64,000 nucleotides of DNA, from NCBI GenBank assembly GCA_026025075.1, contig JAPEUI010000010.1, forward strand, positions 124,001 through 188,000, given 5' to 3'. The DNA comes from Vezdaea acicularis. Its lineage: Eukaryota. The notes under the pieces were generated by a model that saw only the letters and a list, made by a program, of their open reading frames with translations, did no database searches and was not told the DNA's origin. This document shows, in pieces, positions 38,629-50,419 of this stretch. The position numbers and the translations under genes were made by a program. How positions within the stretch are numbered: position 1 is the first letter of the stretch; each line of letters begins with the position of its first letter.

Positions 38629-39239
38629 ATTTGCGATAAAACTTCAAGTAACCCAGAAAATCTCAGATCTGATAACCCTAAAAAAATGCTTTGCGATTTG
38701 AAGGCTAGGCTTGTCAAATGATAAGTAAAAGTCAGGGCGCTGGTAATACCATGAAGGTAGGAGCTGTAGTTGTCAACAGTGGTCTTGGGTGATAGCTCGC
38801 GTGGCGCCTAGGCTGGCCGCTTTGGATGACGCAGTAGCCTGGCAGTGCCTGGACAAGGGCACTATCCAGCTCCAACGGAAGTTTCCGAGCGAGCTTAAAA
38901 CACCAACCTCTCAATTTGTCCATCGTAATGCGCAATGTGTCGGCGATCCTCACATTCAACATTGTGGTTTGCGCATAGATTGCGCATGCCTCAACTAAAC
39001 AATATCAACACTCTTTTAAAAGCACCTTCTCCTCTTCTAAAAGGGTTCTCCTGCAGCCATTCACAGAACCGGTCAAGGAATCAACGTTGTACTCGACAAA
39101 AGAATCCCGCAATCTTCGAATCATAGGAAGCTTAGATAGCTACCGCACAGCCAGAACTACTTGAAATCCTACTGGTTTATACACGTAGCAGATTTTCACC
39201 AACAACATATGATATCCAGCATCGTCGATAGGCTTAACA

Positions 39240-40931
39240 ATGCCGGTTTGTAAATACTACCTCGAGGGTAGATGCAAATTCGGAGGTAAGCTATTCCAAG
39301 CTTTGATTGTGGTGGTCGCATACCGTCTTACCCTAACCTCGAGCTGACTTGAAGAACTTCCAAGGGAATTGCAAAAATGAGCACCCATTTGGTCAGGAGG
39401 GAAGCGCAAGATCTGGTGGACATTTTCAGTCGGGGAATCGCTTTGCTCCACTTGGCGACTCTAGTGGGAACACGCGCCCGAATACATCCTATGGGTCGCA
39501 ACAGAGAGCAACTCCGCCGTGAGCAATATCAATCTACTTTTCACTGACCATAAAGTTTACATTCAACTTAGATATATGATTTCTGCCAGCACCATTGAAG
39601 GGGATCTTACGAAGGAACGTCCACAATGGATCTTGTCGGCATACGGTCCAGGGCGAGACGCCCCGGCCCAGCTATTCGGCGGAAATCCCAGAGAAATAAG
39701 CTTTGAAGAGCTGAGAGTAGATCATTATCTAGCAGCTGCTCAAGGGAAGCCCCAAGAAGCGGTCCAAAGGGCGATGGCGCTTGTTAATCAGGCGGAACAG
39801 CAGATCCAGACAACACTCAACAACCTCGATGGTGCAGTTAGTTATATACAGGCTGAAGAGAAGAACCATCCGAACCGGATAGACATATGTCGTGCCAAAG
39901 AGAATTTCAAAGATCTGCAAGGTCATCCAAATGGAACCTCGGGCGCGCTGGTTGGGGGAGGTGAAAATAAATCACTCCTTTCCGGCGCACTGAATCAAAC
40001 GCCAGCACCTGGAGGAATACCTTTCGGTCAGACTCAGCAGCTGGGGCAGAGAGCATCGCCCTTTGGACAACCGTCACAACTAGGCTCTACATCCACACCT
40101 TTCGGTCAACCTTCGCAGTTAGGGCAGGCGTCCGGTCCATTCGGCCAGCCCTCACAGCTAGGACAAAGACCGAATCCTTTTGGCCAACCGTCGCAGCCAG
40201 GACCGTTCGGCCAGCCTTCCCAAATGGGACAAAGTACCGCGCCATTTGGGCAGACACCACAGCTTGGACAAGGCGGGCCTGGGGGCTTTAACTCTTCACA
40301 GCCAGCACCATTTGGGCAGCCTGCCGCATCACAAACACCGTTTGGTCAGCCACCTCAGCCAAAAAACCCTTTCAATATACAAGCACCATTATCTGCTTCG
40401 CCTGTAGCGTTCAATCAACCTTCCCATGCGCCCAACCCTCTAGCTCCTTCGACTAATCCAAACCCGTTTTCACAACAAGGCGCACCTGCAGCAGCTCCAA
40501 ATCCATTCAGCAATTCTAGTCCATTTGGGCAGCAGAGTTCCGGTAACAACCAAAGCATCCAGAACGGAAACCCAGATCCTTTCCCCGTCAACCCACCCAA
40601 TCCATACGCTCCAGATGCCCAGCTCACTCACCCCGACCTTCGCACCTACAGTGTCCGGGACAAAGACAATAAACTCAAGAGTTGGAAAGGTAAAGCCGTC
40701 GCCTACATAGATCAGGAACCCTATTACCAGCGCGAAGATGATGGTAAACCAGAACGGATCTGGAATCCGAACGGGCCACCGATGTATTACCCTGCTACGG
40801 AGCTACCTGCTGATCAATACGATCAAGACACAAAAGAAAGATATTTGTTTATGAGGGAGCATGGAAGTTTTAAAGATGGTCTCATGCCACTCAAGCCACC
40901 GAGGAGAGAGTGGTGCTTGTGGGATTTTTAA
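39240..40931 (+). CDS. AMO1: CCCH zinc-finger FG-nucleoporin (Amo1/Nup42/hCG1-like), 3 exons
   Basis: MPVCKYYLEGRCKFG|GNCKNEHP zinc finger, NRFAPL, DLT.ERPQWILSAYGPG, REISFEELR, PFGQPSQLG repeats, C-terminal F..G.MP..PP.REWC.WDF. Confidence 0.85.
40020..40352 (+). repeat. Coding minisatellite: degenerate 36-bp PFGQPSQLG(xxx) FG repeats
   Basis: Recurrent cc(t/a/g)tt(c/t)gg(n)ca(a/g)cc units, about 9 PFGQ copies in the translated ORF. Confidence 0.8.
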
Positions 40932-41120
40932 GCGGGGTCTTGAACACGGTATATTTAAATTTTTTATAAGCTTCGCAAGGAGAGTCGGCTCGGATCGTCC
41001 TATTTAGCATAGGCAAGGCGTTTCACTGCATGAACGGGAGGAGGGTATATCGAATATAACATTATCTGTGAGCACAGCTCATTCTCTGTCACAACATCCA
41101 CAAGCAAGGCAGTGCCAGAT

Positions 41121-41526
41121 CTATGCCGCAATTGTGACCTCAACCTCCACACCTGCCTCAATGTTGATGATAATCTGCTTCACCACCTCGGTCGGCGCAT
41201 TCAGACTGCGTATCAGTATTAGCCTTATTACCCATGAATTTCCCTATCAAATGAGCTTACTCGATAAGCCTTTTATGGATCCTCATCTCGAACATATCCC
41301 AGGTTTTGCTGCCTTCACCATTGGGCGTCTTCCTTGTCGTAACCTTCAAGCACTTAGTTGGCAGACGGACGGGTCCCTTAACGCGGAGATCCTTGGTCTT
41401 GGCGCGCTCGATCAATTCCTGGCAGACCTTTTCAAGGGAGGTAACCTTTCGCGAGGTAAGCGTGATGCGAATCTTATGGATCTTGGGCCCATCGCCGAAG
41501 TCCTTTTCAGGCTTGGTGTAGGACAT
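41121..41526 (-). CDS. RPS20: 40S ribosomal protein uS10 (S20), 2 coding exons plus a probable 5'-UTR intron (41559-41608)
   Basis: [86 protein letters not shown]. Confidence 0.97.
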
Positions 41527-41743
41527 GATTGTGGCGTCCCTAAGGTTTGACAGGAATGCTATTGAACGGGTAAGCTTAGGAGTTTGATCACGATCGCGGG
41601 CTGCTTACATTTTTATAAGAAATTGCCAGTCAAGACCTGAACTATATGTTCGGTAAGGTGATGAAAGGCTGATGTTGAAGATAGAAATGCGGGCTTGCGC
41701 GCAAGGATCTAGTGTGCGATTGGCGAAATCTTGGCGGTACAAT

Positions 41744-41751
41744 TTAGGGCT
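41744..41751 (-). promoter_or_regulatory. AGCCCTAA motif upstream of RPS20 (reported ribosomal-protein promoter motif of filamentous ascomycetes)
   Basis: TTAGGGCT on + (AGCCCTAA on -), about 220 bp upstream of the RPS20 ATG. A single 8-mer match only. Confidence 0.4.
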
Positions 41752-41974
41752 GTCGATAAAATGTTGTGATTGGTTGGCGACTTTGCTGTGTTCCGAAACC
41801 TTCGTGTTGACTGCGGGAGCTTCAAAAAACTCTTAGGTGGATTTATATCACTCTCGAGAGGACTCTCCACCTCAAATCAAGGTAACATCTCCGAAAGACA
41901 GATATCATCAAGAAGGGAAAACCAGCGTCTCAACATTTCAAAGCTAAGGAGCGTACAGGCTCCATCCGGGAGTC

Positions 41975-43990
41975 ATGTCCTCCAAAAGTAAGGCTATTCC
42001 ATGCCTAGCTCCGTTTCCTTCAGGAGGACTCCGTACTAAGCTATTACCTGAGGAACTGGGGGAGCTCTTTGAAGCATGGATTATCATTACTCAACTCCAC
42101 TTGCAGACCTCAAGCGAGGAGTTTGCCCGGACAAGTAAAGATGCATCTCTTGTAACATTCCTAGATTCCTATATGATACAAGGGCGGAATTCCGAAAAGT
42201 CACTGCCACCAAGTCTTATTGCAAAGTCAAGAAAACTACGAAAGAATACATTTCTACTCACACATCGAATGCTTGTGGAGTTGGATGTGCCCCAACTACC
42301 CCTACTTAAATGGCCATTCCTAGCTAACCTTGGCACCGTTTATGAAGGGAATAGCGCTCTGAAGAAGCTTTTTTCGGACATTTTGAAACGCTGGGCGTTA
42401 TATGTTGTGCCAGTTATCACACAGCTCAAGATGTCTTTCCTGTCAGCGGTGGAGAAGGGCGATGCACAGCATGTGAGAGGAACGTTATCGAATCTGTATT
42501 CGTTGCTACGTGCATCACCAGACATTAGCCAGCTCGTCATGACCGGTATTGACTTCCTCCAAGGCATGTATACTTGCTACGATGGACTGGAAGCACGCCA
42601 TCGGAAAGATGTTGTTGCAATACTCTACTTTGGGTTTATCTCTTTAACTGAGGGCGATAAACCGAACATTTCTCTTCTTCTTGATCATCTTTACGATTTG
42701 ACATCTGTAGCACGCGGAACTACAGATGGAAAGGTTTATCCATTTATCGATCTCTTCAGTGACACAATTCTACTTTCTCAACTGCGCTCCCGAATTCCAG
42801 GATCGGCAATAGCAAGGGCCAAGCCCTTACTTGTAGAGCTTGAGCAATTGCGCCAAGTTGGAAAGAGTTCTCGAAAAAGGTCAGCTTCAGCAAGGTCCAA
42901 AATCAAAACCCCTGCAGCGACAAGTAATCTAAACGCTAGCAAGGGTCCCCAAAAATCTCATGAAATGCACATACATCGTATGAGTCTTATTACACAGGTC
43001 CAAGACCTTTTCCCAGACCTCGGAAGTGGGTACGTCGCCAAACTACTTGATGCCTACTCCGACGACGTGGAAGCGGCAACAGCTCACCTCCTAGACGATG
43101 ACCTACCCACCAATCTCCAGAACACCCCAAGAAATGAAGAACTTGATACTCATGCCCACCATCCCAACCTCGCGCCTCACGGCACCCCTCCTTTCGTCCC
43201 TACCCGTCGTAATGCCTTCGACGCTGACGAAGATCTCGCCACTCTCTCCCTCTCTACCGACCGCCTGCATATCGGTCGTCGCGAAGGCCAAGACGCTGAC
43301 GCCCTCCTCCAAGACCGCACTACGCACCCCTCTAAAGCAGCGATTCTCTCCGCTCTCGCCGCCTTCGACTCCGACGACGACGAGCGTGACGATACCTATG
43401 ACGTCGAAGATGTGGGCGGCAGCATCGAAGCGACGCAATCGGGCCCGTCAGCGAACGAGACCGCAAACATAGGCGTCAGCGAGCAGACGGAAGAGGTGCT
43501 CTTCAGGGCATGGAAAGCAACACCGGAAGCATTCAACAGAGATGCGCAGACAAGGCGGGGTGCGTTGAGGAAAGAACTGAGAGCTCAGACGGAGCTGGTG
43601 GATGAAGGAATCGAGGGGTGGGCCTTGATGTTGGTAAGGGATCCGAGGAGATTGCGGATGTTGGAGAGCAAGCTTGAGGATGCGAGGGGGGTGCAGAGGG
43701 AGATCAAGAGAACGAAATGGGAAGCTGGTAATGCAGGCGAGAGGGAAAGCGGAGAGGGCAGCGGTATCGATACGGAGGGCGATAAGGCTGAAAGGGGCGG
43801 CGCGCGAGGTAGAGGTAGAGGAAGGGGCAGGGGCAGGGGAAGAGGCGGAGGGAGCGTCACTGGGCCGACGGGCGAGCAGAGCACGCAGAACGCAAGGCAC
43901 AAGAAAGATGCCAGCAAGGGGAGCAGAGCGAATCACAATCGACGCGACCAGCGAGCTAGGAAGGTAGCTAGAGCCGGGTTTCCTGGCTGA
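41975..43990 (+). CDS. CUE3: CUE-domain protein Cue3/Rqt3 (ASCC2 homologue), intronless
   Basis: CUE domain MSLITQVQDLFPDLGSGYVAKLLDAYSDDVE..TAHLL, KAAILSAL..FDSDDDERDDTYD, F.RDAQTRRG..R..LR..T....E.IEGW..ML.RDP, RG repeats, K.SRANHNRR. Confidence 0.85.
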   Translation: MSSKSKAIPCLAPFPSGGLRTKLLPEELGELFEAWIIITQLHLQTSSEEFARTSKDASLVTFLDSYMIQGRNSEKSLPPSLIAKSRKLRKNTFLLTHRMLVELDVPQLPLLKWPFLANLGTVYEGNSALKKLFSDILKRWALYVVPVITQLKMSFLSAVEKGDAQHVRGTLSNLYSLLRASPDISQLVMTGIDFLQGMYTCYDGLEARHRKDVVAILYFGFISLTEGDKPNISLLLDHLYDLTSVARGTTDGKVYPFIDLFSDTILLSQLRSRIPGSAIARAKPLLVELEQLRQVGKSSRKRSASARSKIKTPAATSNLNASKGPQKSHEMHIHRMSLITQVQDLFPDLGSGYVAKLLDAYSDDVEAATAHLLDDDLPTNLQNTPRNEELDTHAHHPNLAPHGTPPFVPTRRNAFDADEDLATLSLSTDRLHIGRREGQDADALLQDRTTHPSKAAILSALAAFDSDDDERDDTYDVEDVGGSIEATQSGPSANETANIGVSEQTEEVLFRAWKATPEAFNRDAQTRRGALRKELRAQTELVDEGIEGWALMLVRDPRRLRMLESKLEDARGVQREIKRTKWEAGNAGERESGEGSGIDTEGDKAERGGARGRGRGRGRGRGRGGGSVTGPTGEQSTQNARHKKDASKGSRANHNRRDQRARKVARAGFPG

Positions 43991-44358
43991 CGAGCCACTC
44001 CATGTCTCACACATAGCAAAGGAACCTATTGTCTGACGAGTATCGTTGAAAGTAGAATATCCTAGACCTGCTAGATGCCACGAGACACAAAGATGTTCAG
44101 ATGCTAGCAAGCTGGCTAGCTCATACGTAAGGGGATTCATACATAGCCCATAGCTGAGGTATTCCGTCGCTGCAATCTCGGTATCATAACGCGTTACTCC
44201 GTCGCTTTCCTTCCTGGCCGGCGACACCTGTCCGTGCTGTGCTATGCCGCGCCGGATTCCATCCTAAGAAAATCAAGCAGAAGATGGCGTAACCCATATG
44301 AAAGAAAAACAAAAGGCCGGTATCGTTGCTCTCATGGATAATTCCCGTGTTCCTCGAC

Positions 44359-46677
44359 TCAATCGACATCGTCCGCACTATCGTATTTCGCAGGCGCCTT
44401 CGCACGACCTCTCCGCCTCCTAATCTCCTCCCTTTCCTTCCGCTTGGGACTCGTGATCGGCACGCCGAAATCGTCCATCTCGCCCAGGGCATGGTCTTCT
44501 GTTGCGGCGTCGCCGCCATAGCCCGTGTAATCCCAGTCGGCACGGACTCCGCCTTCGACGAGGCTTCCGCGGAGGACGCCGTTCGCGATGCTGCGCGCGA
44601 CCTCGAGCATGATTCGCAGCATCCACATGGGTGGCTGGAGAAGGAGTGAGCAGGATGTTTGGAGGAGACCGCTGGGGAGGGATGAGTTGGTGTCGTGGAG
44701 GGGCGTATACAGGATTGAAGCTGGTGGCATGGGGGAGAGGGAGCGGCGATGTCGAGAGAGACGGGTGCGAATTGGCGTATAGGGCGCTTTGCTGGGTTCG
44801 GGGGATGAGGGTGAGGTGGTGAGGTCGGGCGTGGTGGGCCGGGATGGGGTCTCTTGCGTGAGTCGTTCTGAGATTGAAGTGTCGGCTGGTTGTGGGGTGG
44901 CTTGTGGAGACTCGGGGCGGAGATCCCAGAGGGATGAGGTATCTGAGGGCGTGATTGTTGCGTCGGAGCGGTCCCTCGTGTGTCCCTTACGGTAGCTGTT
45001 GCGAGGGGAGGGCGGGGTGTCGGGTGGGGAGGGGGGCAGGGGTGAGATGGGACTGTGGAAGGAATGGAAAGAATCGACGCTAGAGGCGAGACTAGGAGGA
45101 TTAGAGGGTCTGTAAATCGGGACAGCAGGGCTTGTGGACATTGAGGGCGGAGTGGTCTGCGTGGTGAGGTGTGGTGGGGCAGTGACCGAGCGAAAACCAT
45201 TGAGGGCTCTGGGCCGGATAGATGTGTGAGATATGTGGGAGTGTAGTGGTGGAGGGTATAGAGCACGAGGAGTAGATTCGGCGTCCGCGTCTTCCTCGCC
45301 GTCGAAAACCAAGTCGAAGCTGTCCACGCTACCCGCCTCGGAATGAGCAGTCATGTATTCATCCGCGCTGTCAAGGTCCTGAGATCCATCCACTTGCGGC
45401 AATTCCATAGGCTGCTCAACAAGGATTGGTGCAGAATCAGCCTCAGCGAGCTCGAAAGGACGCACTACCTCAATAGGGTTGAAAGCGGCTTCCTCAGCGG
45501 GGGAATCGGGAAGGGCGACGTCTTCAGGTTTCAGCTGCTCCTTCGTAGGTTCTTCGACGGGCGTAATTTGCTGCTCAAGTTCCATCCTCACCGGAGCTAG
45601 CACCACCTCGGGACTCTTGGAAGCATCTACTTTAGGGACAAGCTCGTCAGTACTAACGCTTTCAAGCTCTTCTTGCTCCGCTATCGGCCGTCCAGCCACT
45701 TCAACTAGTCGCTCTGGCTCAGTGACGGCTGGTTGTTTGACTTTGCTATCCTCTCTAGATGTATGTTGAAGGACATCCTGTGAAATCTTCTCGACCCGCT
45801 GCTTCACGACACCTCCCTTATGTTCTCCATCGCCAACTGGGCTCTCCGCACTTCCCACACTATCCTCGGCAGATGTTGTACTGAGAGGAGTCGATGCTCG
45901 TTCATCCGTCGAGGAAAGGTCTTCCAACGAGCGCTGCGATGGTACGGCTTGTTCTAAAGTCCTTGGTTTTCTCTGACGTGGACTCTTGATTGACTCGTCT
46001 CCTTTTTGTTGAAGGGGTTGTTGGTTTATCGATGGTGCCTTGATTGTGAAGGGCTTTAGCTTTTGCGGGGTCTCTGGTGGCGGCGGTAAGTCCACCGTAA
46101 AACTTCTCTTGAAAGGACATGGGGTTTTCTCGTATAGCAACAGACCCCTAATTACATCTTTGAATCCAGCTACGTTCTCCGTATCCGTTATGGATTCGTT
46201 CGGCAGCTCGATCCGGTAATAAGCCCCCTCGCGCGCTGTCAGGGCGAATTTTGAAACCCCGTCAACGCACCAGCACTGGGATTTAGGGAAGATGGGTAGG
46301 AACAAAGATCCAGATCCAGCCAAGAAGGGGAACGACTGAGGGCTTTTGTAAACATTGATGAACCCAGCAGAGAGAACCCTCTCGCTCCAAGATGCCCAAA
46401 GCAGAGTGCCTGGCGCGATCACGCTCCCCCCGCGACGCCGGAGACCTGAGCTTGAGGCAGGACGATCCTCGGCAAGGATAGGCTTGAAGAGAACGATTTT
46501 GGCCTTGGGAAGGCGGTATATAACGTCGGTCAGCTGGCCCTTGACCATCTCCCTGTCAGGTTCCGAGTTCGAGGACTCCTTGTTGAGTTTCTGAGGAAGA
46601 GTGAACGCCCGGCGCAGACCCAGTCTCGGCGCTTGAGGTGAAGCATCGAGCATTGGTGATGCTTGCGTGCCTGCCAT
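44359..46677 (-). CDS. INP1: Inp1 (inheritance of peroxisomes)-domain protein
   Basis: GTLLWAS..ERVLSAG, FLPIFPKSQCWCVDGVSKFAL, YYRIELP, L.YEKTPCPFKRSFTVDLP. Long disordered Ser/Pro-rich C-terminal half. Confidence 0.72.
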   Translation of the reverse strand: MAGTQASPMLDASPQAPRLGLRRAFTLPQKLNKESSNSEPDREMVKGQLTDVIYRLPKAKIVLFKPILAEDRPASSSGLRRRGGSVIAPGTLLWASWSERVLSAGFINVYKSPQSFPFLAGSGSLFLPIFPKSQCWCVDGVSKFALTAREGAYYRIELPNESITDTENVAGFKDVIRGLLLYEKTPCPFKRSFTVDLPPPPETPQKLKPFTIKAPSINQQPLQQKGDESIKSPRQRKPRTLEQAVPSQRSLEDLSSTDERASTPLSTTSAEDSVGSAESPVGDGEHKGGVVKQRVEKISQDVLQHTSREDSKVKQPAVTEPERLVEVAGRPIAEQEELESVSTDELVPKVDASKSPEVVLAPVRMELEQQITPVEEPTKEQLKPEDVALPDSPAEEAAFNPIEVVRPFELAEADSAPILVEQPMELPQVDGSQDLDSADEYMTAHSEAGSVDSFDLVFDGEEDADAESTPRALYPPPLHSHISHTSIRPRALNGFRSVTAPPHLTTQTTPPSMSTSPAVPIYRPSNPPSLASSVDSFHSFHSPISPLPPSPPDTPPSPRNSYRKGHTRDRSDATITPSDTSSLWDLRPESPQATPQPADTSISERLTQETPSRPTTPDLTTSPSSPEPSKAPYTPIRTRLSRHRRSLSPMPPASILYTPLHDTNSSLPSGLLQTSCSLLLQPPMWMLRIMLEVARSIANGVLRGSLVEGGVRADWDYTGYGGDAATEDHALGEMDDFGVPITSPKRKEREEIRRRRGRAKAPAKYDSADDVD

Positions 46678-47361
46678 GACGGCGAGGTCATTGGGACTGA
46701 ATTGGCGATGCAGGAAGTCGCAAGCTGGCGTGGAGGTGATGAGCTCCTTCGATGTATGCGTTGTTGTCGTCGAGGGAGAGACGGGGTACTGTAGTGGAGG
46801 GCGCCGCGTTTTTGCACATGGCGATTATCCAGCCACTCACATTCGGGGACACTCCCGCCCACTTCTAGGCGAGTTCTCGACCGATAACTATGCCCCGTTT
46901 TCGGGTTTCCTGATGGGTCTTGAACGGCTGTGCGATCATTTAATAGAAAACATATTGCAACATGCAAACCCTATTTTCCATATCTAGCAGATCACCGTCT
47001 CCTGGTACCGAGTGGTCCCCTTTCCGGCCCGCTCCTTTCGCTTGGGCGCGTCTCTACATCGTATGACGCACCCACGCACGGTCCATCTGAACAGATATGC
47101 GACAGACCCGAAATGAGCGGTTTCAAAGCAGTGCACGGGCTAATATGCTGACAGACGTACCTCTGCATGCACATGACCAAAGTTCCTGATTTCTCGTAGC
47201 CGCCAGTAGAGCAGACACAGGCGATCTCCACATTGAAGCTTCGCGGAAATCTTTCCGTCTCGCGGCCCGCGTAATTCTCCGTCGCCTACTGTAGCTCTCT
47301 TAGAAATTCTTCTCGACCACCTCCAAGCTCCTCCCAACCTCTGGTGCTTCAGCAGTACATA

Positions 47362-48192
47362 ATGGCCGAACTCCTCCGCTCCTTCTTCGCGCCGGGAGAT
47401 AGCAGATACTTCTCTCATACGTCTCCTTCCTCTCCTCCTGCACCTTCCCGCTCATCCCCATTCGCATTCTCATACGCGCATCCACAAGCTCGGCATCCAG
47501 AGACAAGCCCCCCACCGCCACCGTCATCGCCGCCACAGGAGACACTACAGATACAAGCCCTACCGCAGACAGAACAAACCTCACAAATACCTCCACCCGC
47601 AGAAGACCCGTCCAAGCCCGACCCCCCAAAGAAGAAATACCCCAAAGGCGTCGTCCTCGGCGCAGACGGCAAACCGTTCGTCCTCCCCCTCCCCCCCTCT
47701 CCACCTTCCATTCACCAAAGGCTAACCCTCCCACCCAGCTGCCGCTCCTGCACCTCCTTCGCCGCCTGGTCCCAACTCGCCTCCAGCACCTCCCACTCCT
47801 CCTCCTCCTCCTCCTCCCCCCCACTAAACCCCCCCGACTGCCCCCCCACAACCGAAGTCCTCGGCGCCGCAACCTGGACCTTCCTCCACACCCTCACCGC
47901 CGCCTACCCCGTGACCCCCACCTCCAGCCAACGCGCGCAAATGACATCTTTCCTCCGCCTCTTCGCCCAACTATACCCCTGCGCCCCCTGCGCCACCGAT
48001 TTCCAGACCTGGATCGCCTCGCGCGGCGGCGACGAAGACTTGGAGCGCGCCGTCAGGAGTAGAAGCGAGTTGGGGACGTGGATGTGTGAGGCGCATAATG
48101 AGGTTAATCGCAAGCTGGGCAAAGAAATGTTTGATTGTGCGCGCTGGGAGGAGCGGTGGCGGGATGGCTGGAGGGATGGAAGGTGTGGGTAG
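47362..48192 (+). CDS. ERV1: FAD-linked sulfhydryl oxidase Erv1/ALR (2 exons; intron 47676-47738)
   Basis: GVVLGADGKP|CRSC shuttle motif, DCPP..E.LG.ATWTFLHT....YP, YPCAPCA.DF, WMCEAHNEVNRKLGK..FDC..W.ERWRDGW. Start ATG uncertain. Confidence 0.9.
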   Translation: MAELLRSFFAPGDSRYFSHTSPSSPPAPSRSSPFAFSYAHPQARHPETSPPPPPSSPPQETLQIQALPQTEQTSQIPPPAEDPSKPDPPKKKYPKGVVLGADGKPFVLPLPPSPPSIHQRLTLPPSCRSCTSFAAWSQLASSTSHSSSSSSSPPLNPPDCPPTTEVLGAATWTFLHTLTAAYPVTPTSSQRAQMTSFLRLFAQLYPCAPCATDFQTWIASRGGDEDLERAVRSRSELGTWMCEAHNEVNRKLGKEMFDCARWEERWRDGWRDGRCG

Positions 48193-49156
48193 GGTTGGGT
48201 ACCGGAGATGTAGTAGCATATCTACCATCTCTCTGTGGGCTGGAAGGGTGATGGGTTGTAGAGAGAGGAGTAGGAAGGGGTGGGGCGTATAGTGTGTTGT
48301 ATACACGGAACCTACGCATTCTCTGGAGTTTCAGGGGTGGCGTGGTGTAGCATATCTTCTCTACTCACGCATCGCTAAAGCCTCAGACGCATATGACCCG
48401 AGTAAAGTGATGTTTCATCGTGGATCAATCATATTTGCAACGAAGTCTGCCTTCCGCGCTAAGACGAGAACCTTGGTGGTGGGTGGGGAGGGAAAGAGAT
48501 GGAGAAGAGGGGGGAGGGGGGGAGAACAGGAGCAGTGATAGGAGTAGTAGTAGGAGCCGAGTATTCCCTGAATACGAAATGGATCGAACAAACCCATAAA
48601 ACCCGTAGAATTCAGCACCCAGAGAGCTACTTTACGCGTGTTCCTCTCGCGCTTCCTGCTTGGTTGCCTTGCCTGGCTGCGTCCTTGCTTCTCTCGGTGC
48701 CTCGCTCCCTCGCTGCTCCACGGCCATCCACCTATCCACCAGGCCAAAGCACGGAGGCAGGGCTTCGACCAGAAGCGATGTTCCCGCACACAGATAAGTA
48801 AGGACGAGAAAGAGAGGAAAAGCAGGAGAAGAAGAAGAAGAAGAGTCGCCTCGTCAATGAAAAAGAAAAGAAGAGGTGTACACGCCGAATCCAAAGACCG
48901 AGAGAAAAGACCAGTCAGTCTTCGGCGCGTATGTCTGCGTGTGCGTGGTATGAGGTGATGTGACAAGAGGGGAGGTTCCAGGATGTGAGGAGGACTTTCC
49001 GGGTGCTCACGACTCGGCGGGCGGGAATTGGGGGTTTCGAAAGATGGGCGAACAAATTTTCTATGTGTGAGGTTACATGAATATTTTTCGTGAATGCTTT
49101 GCGAGAACTTGGTGGGGCATATGGCAAGGATGTTGAGAAAAAAAATCCTGAACAAA

Positions 49157-50419
<1,263 letters not shown>

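Noticed and set aside
44184..45266. Long alternative-frame and antisense ORFs (also 43448-44227, 48415-49155, 49672-50376, 32264-32755)
   Set aside because: They shadow real genes or lie in skewed low-complexity DNA with few stop codons, and show no recognisable domains.
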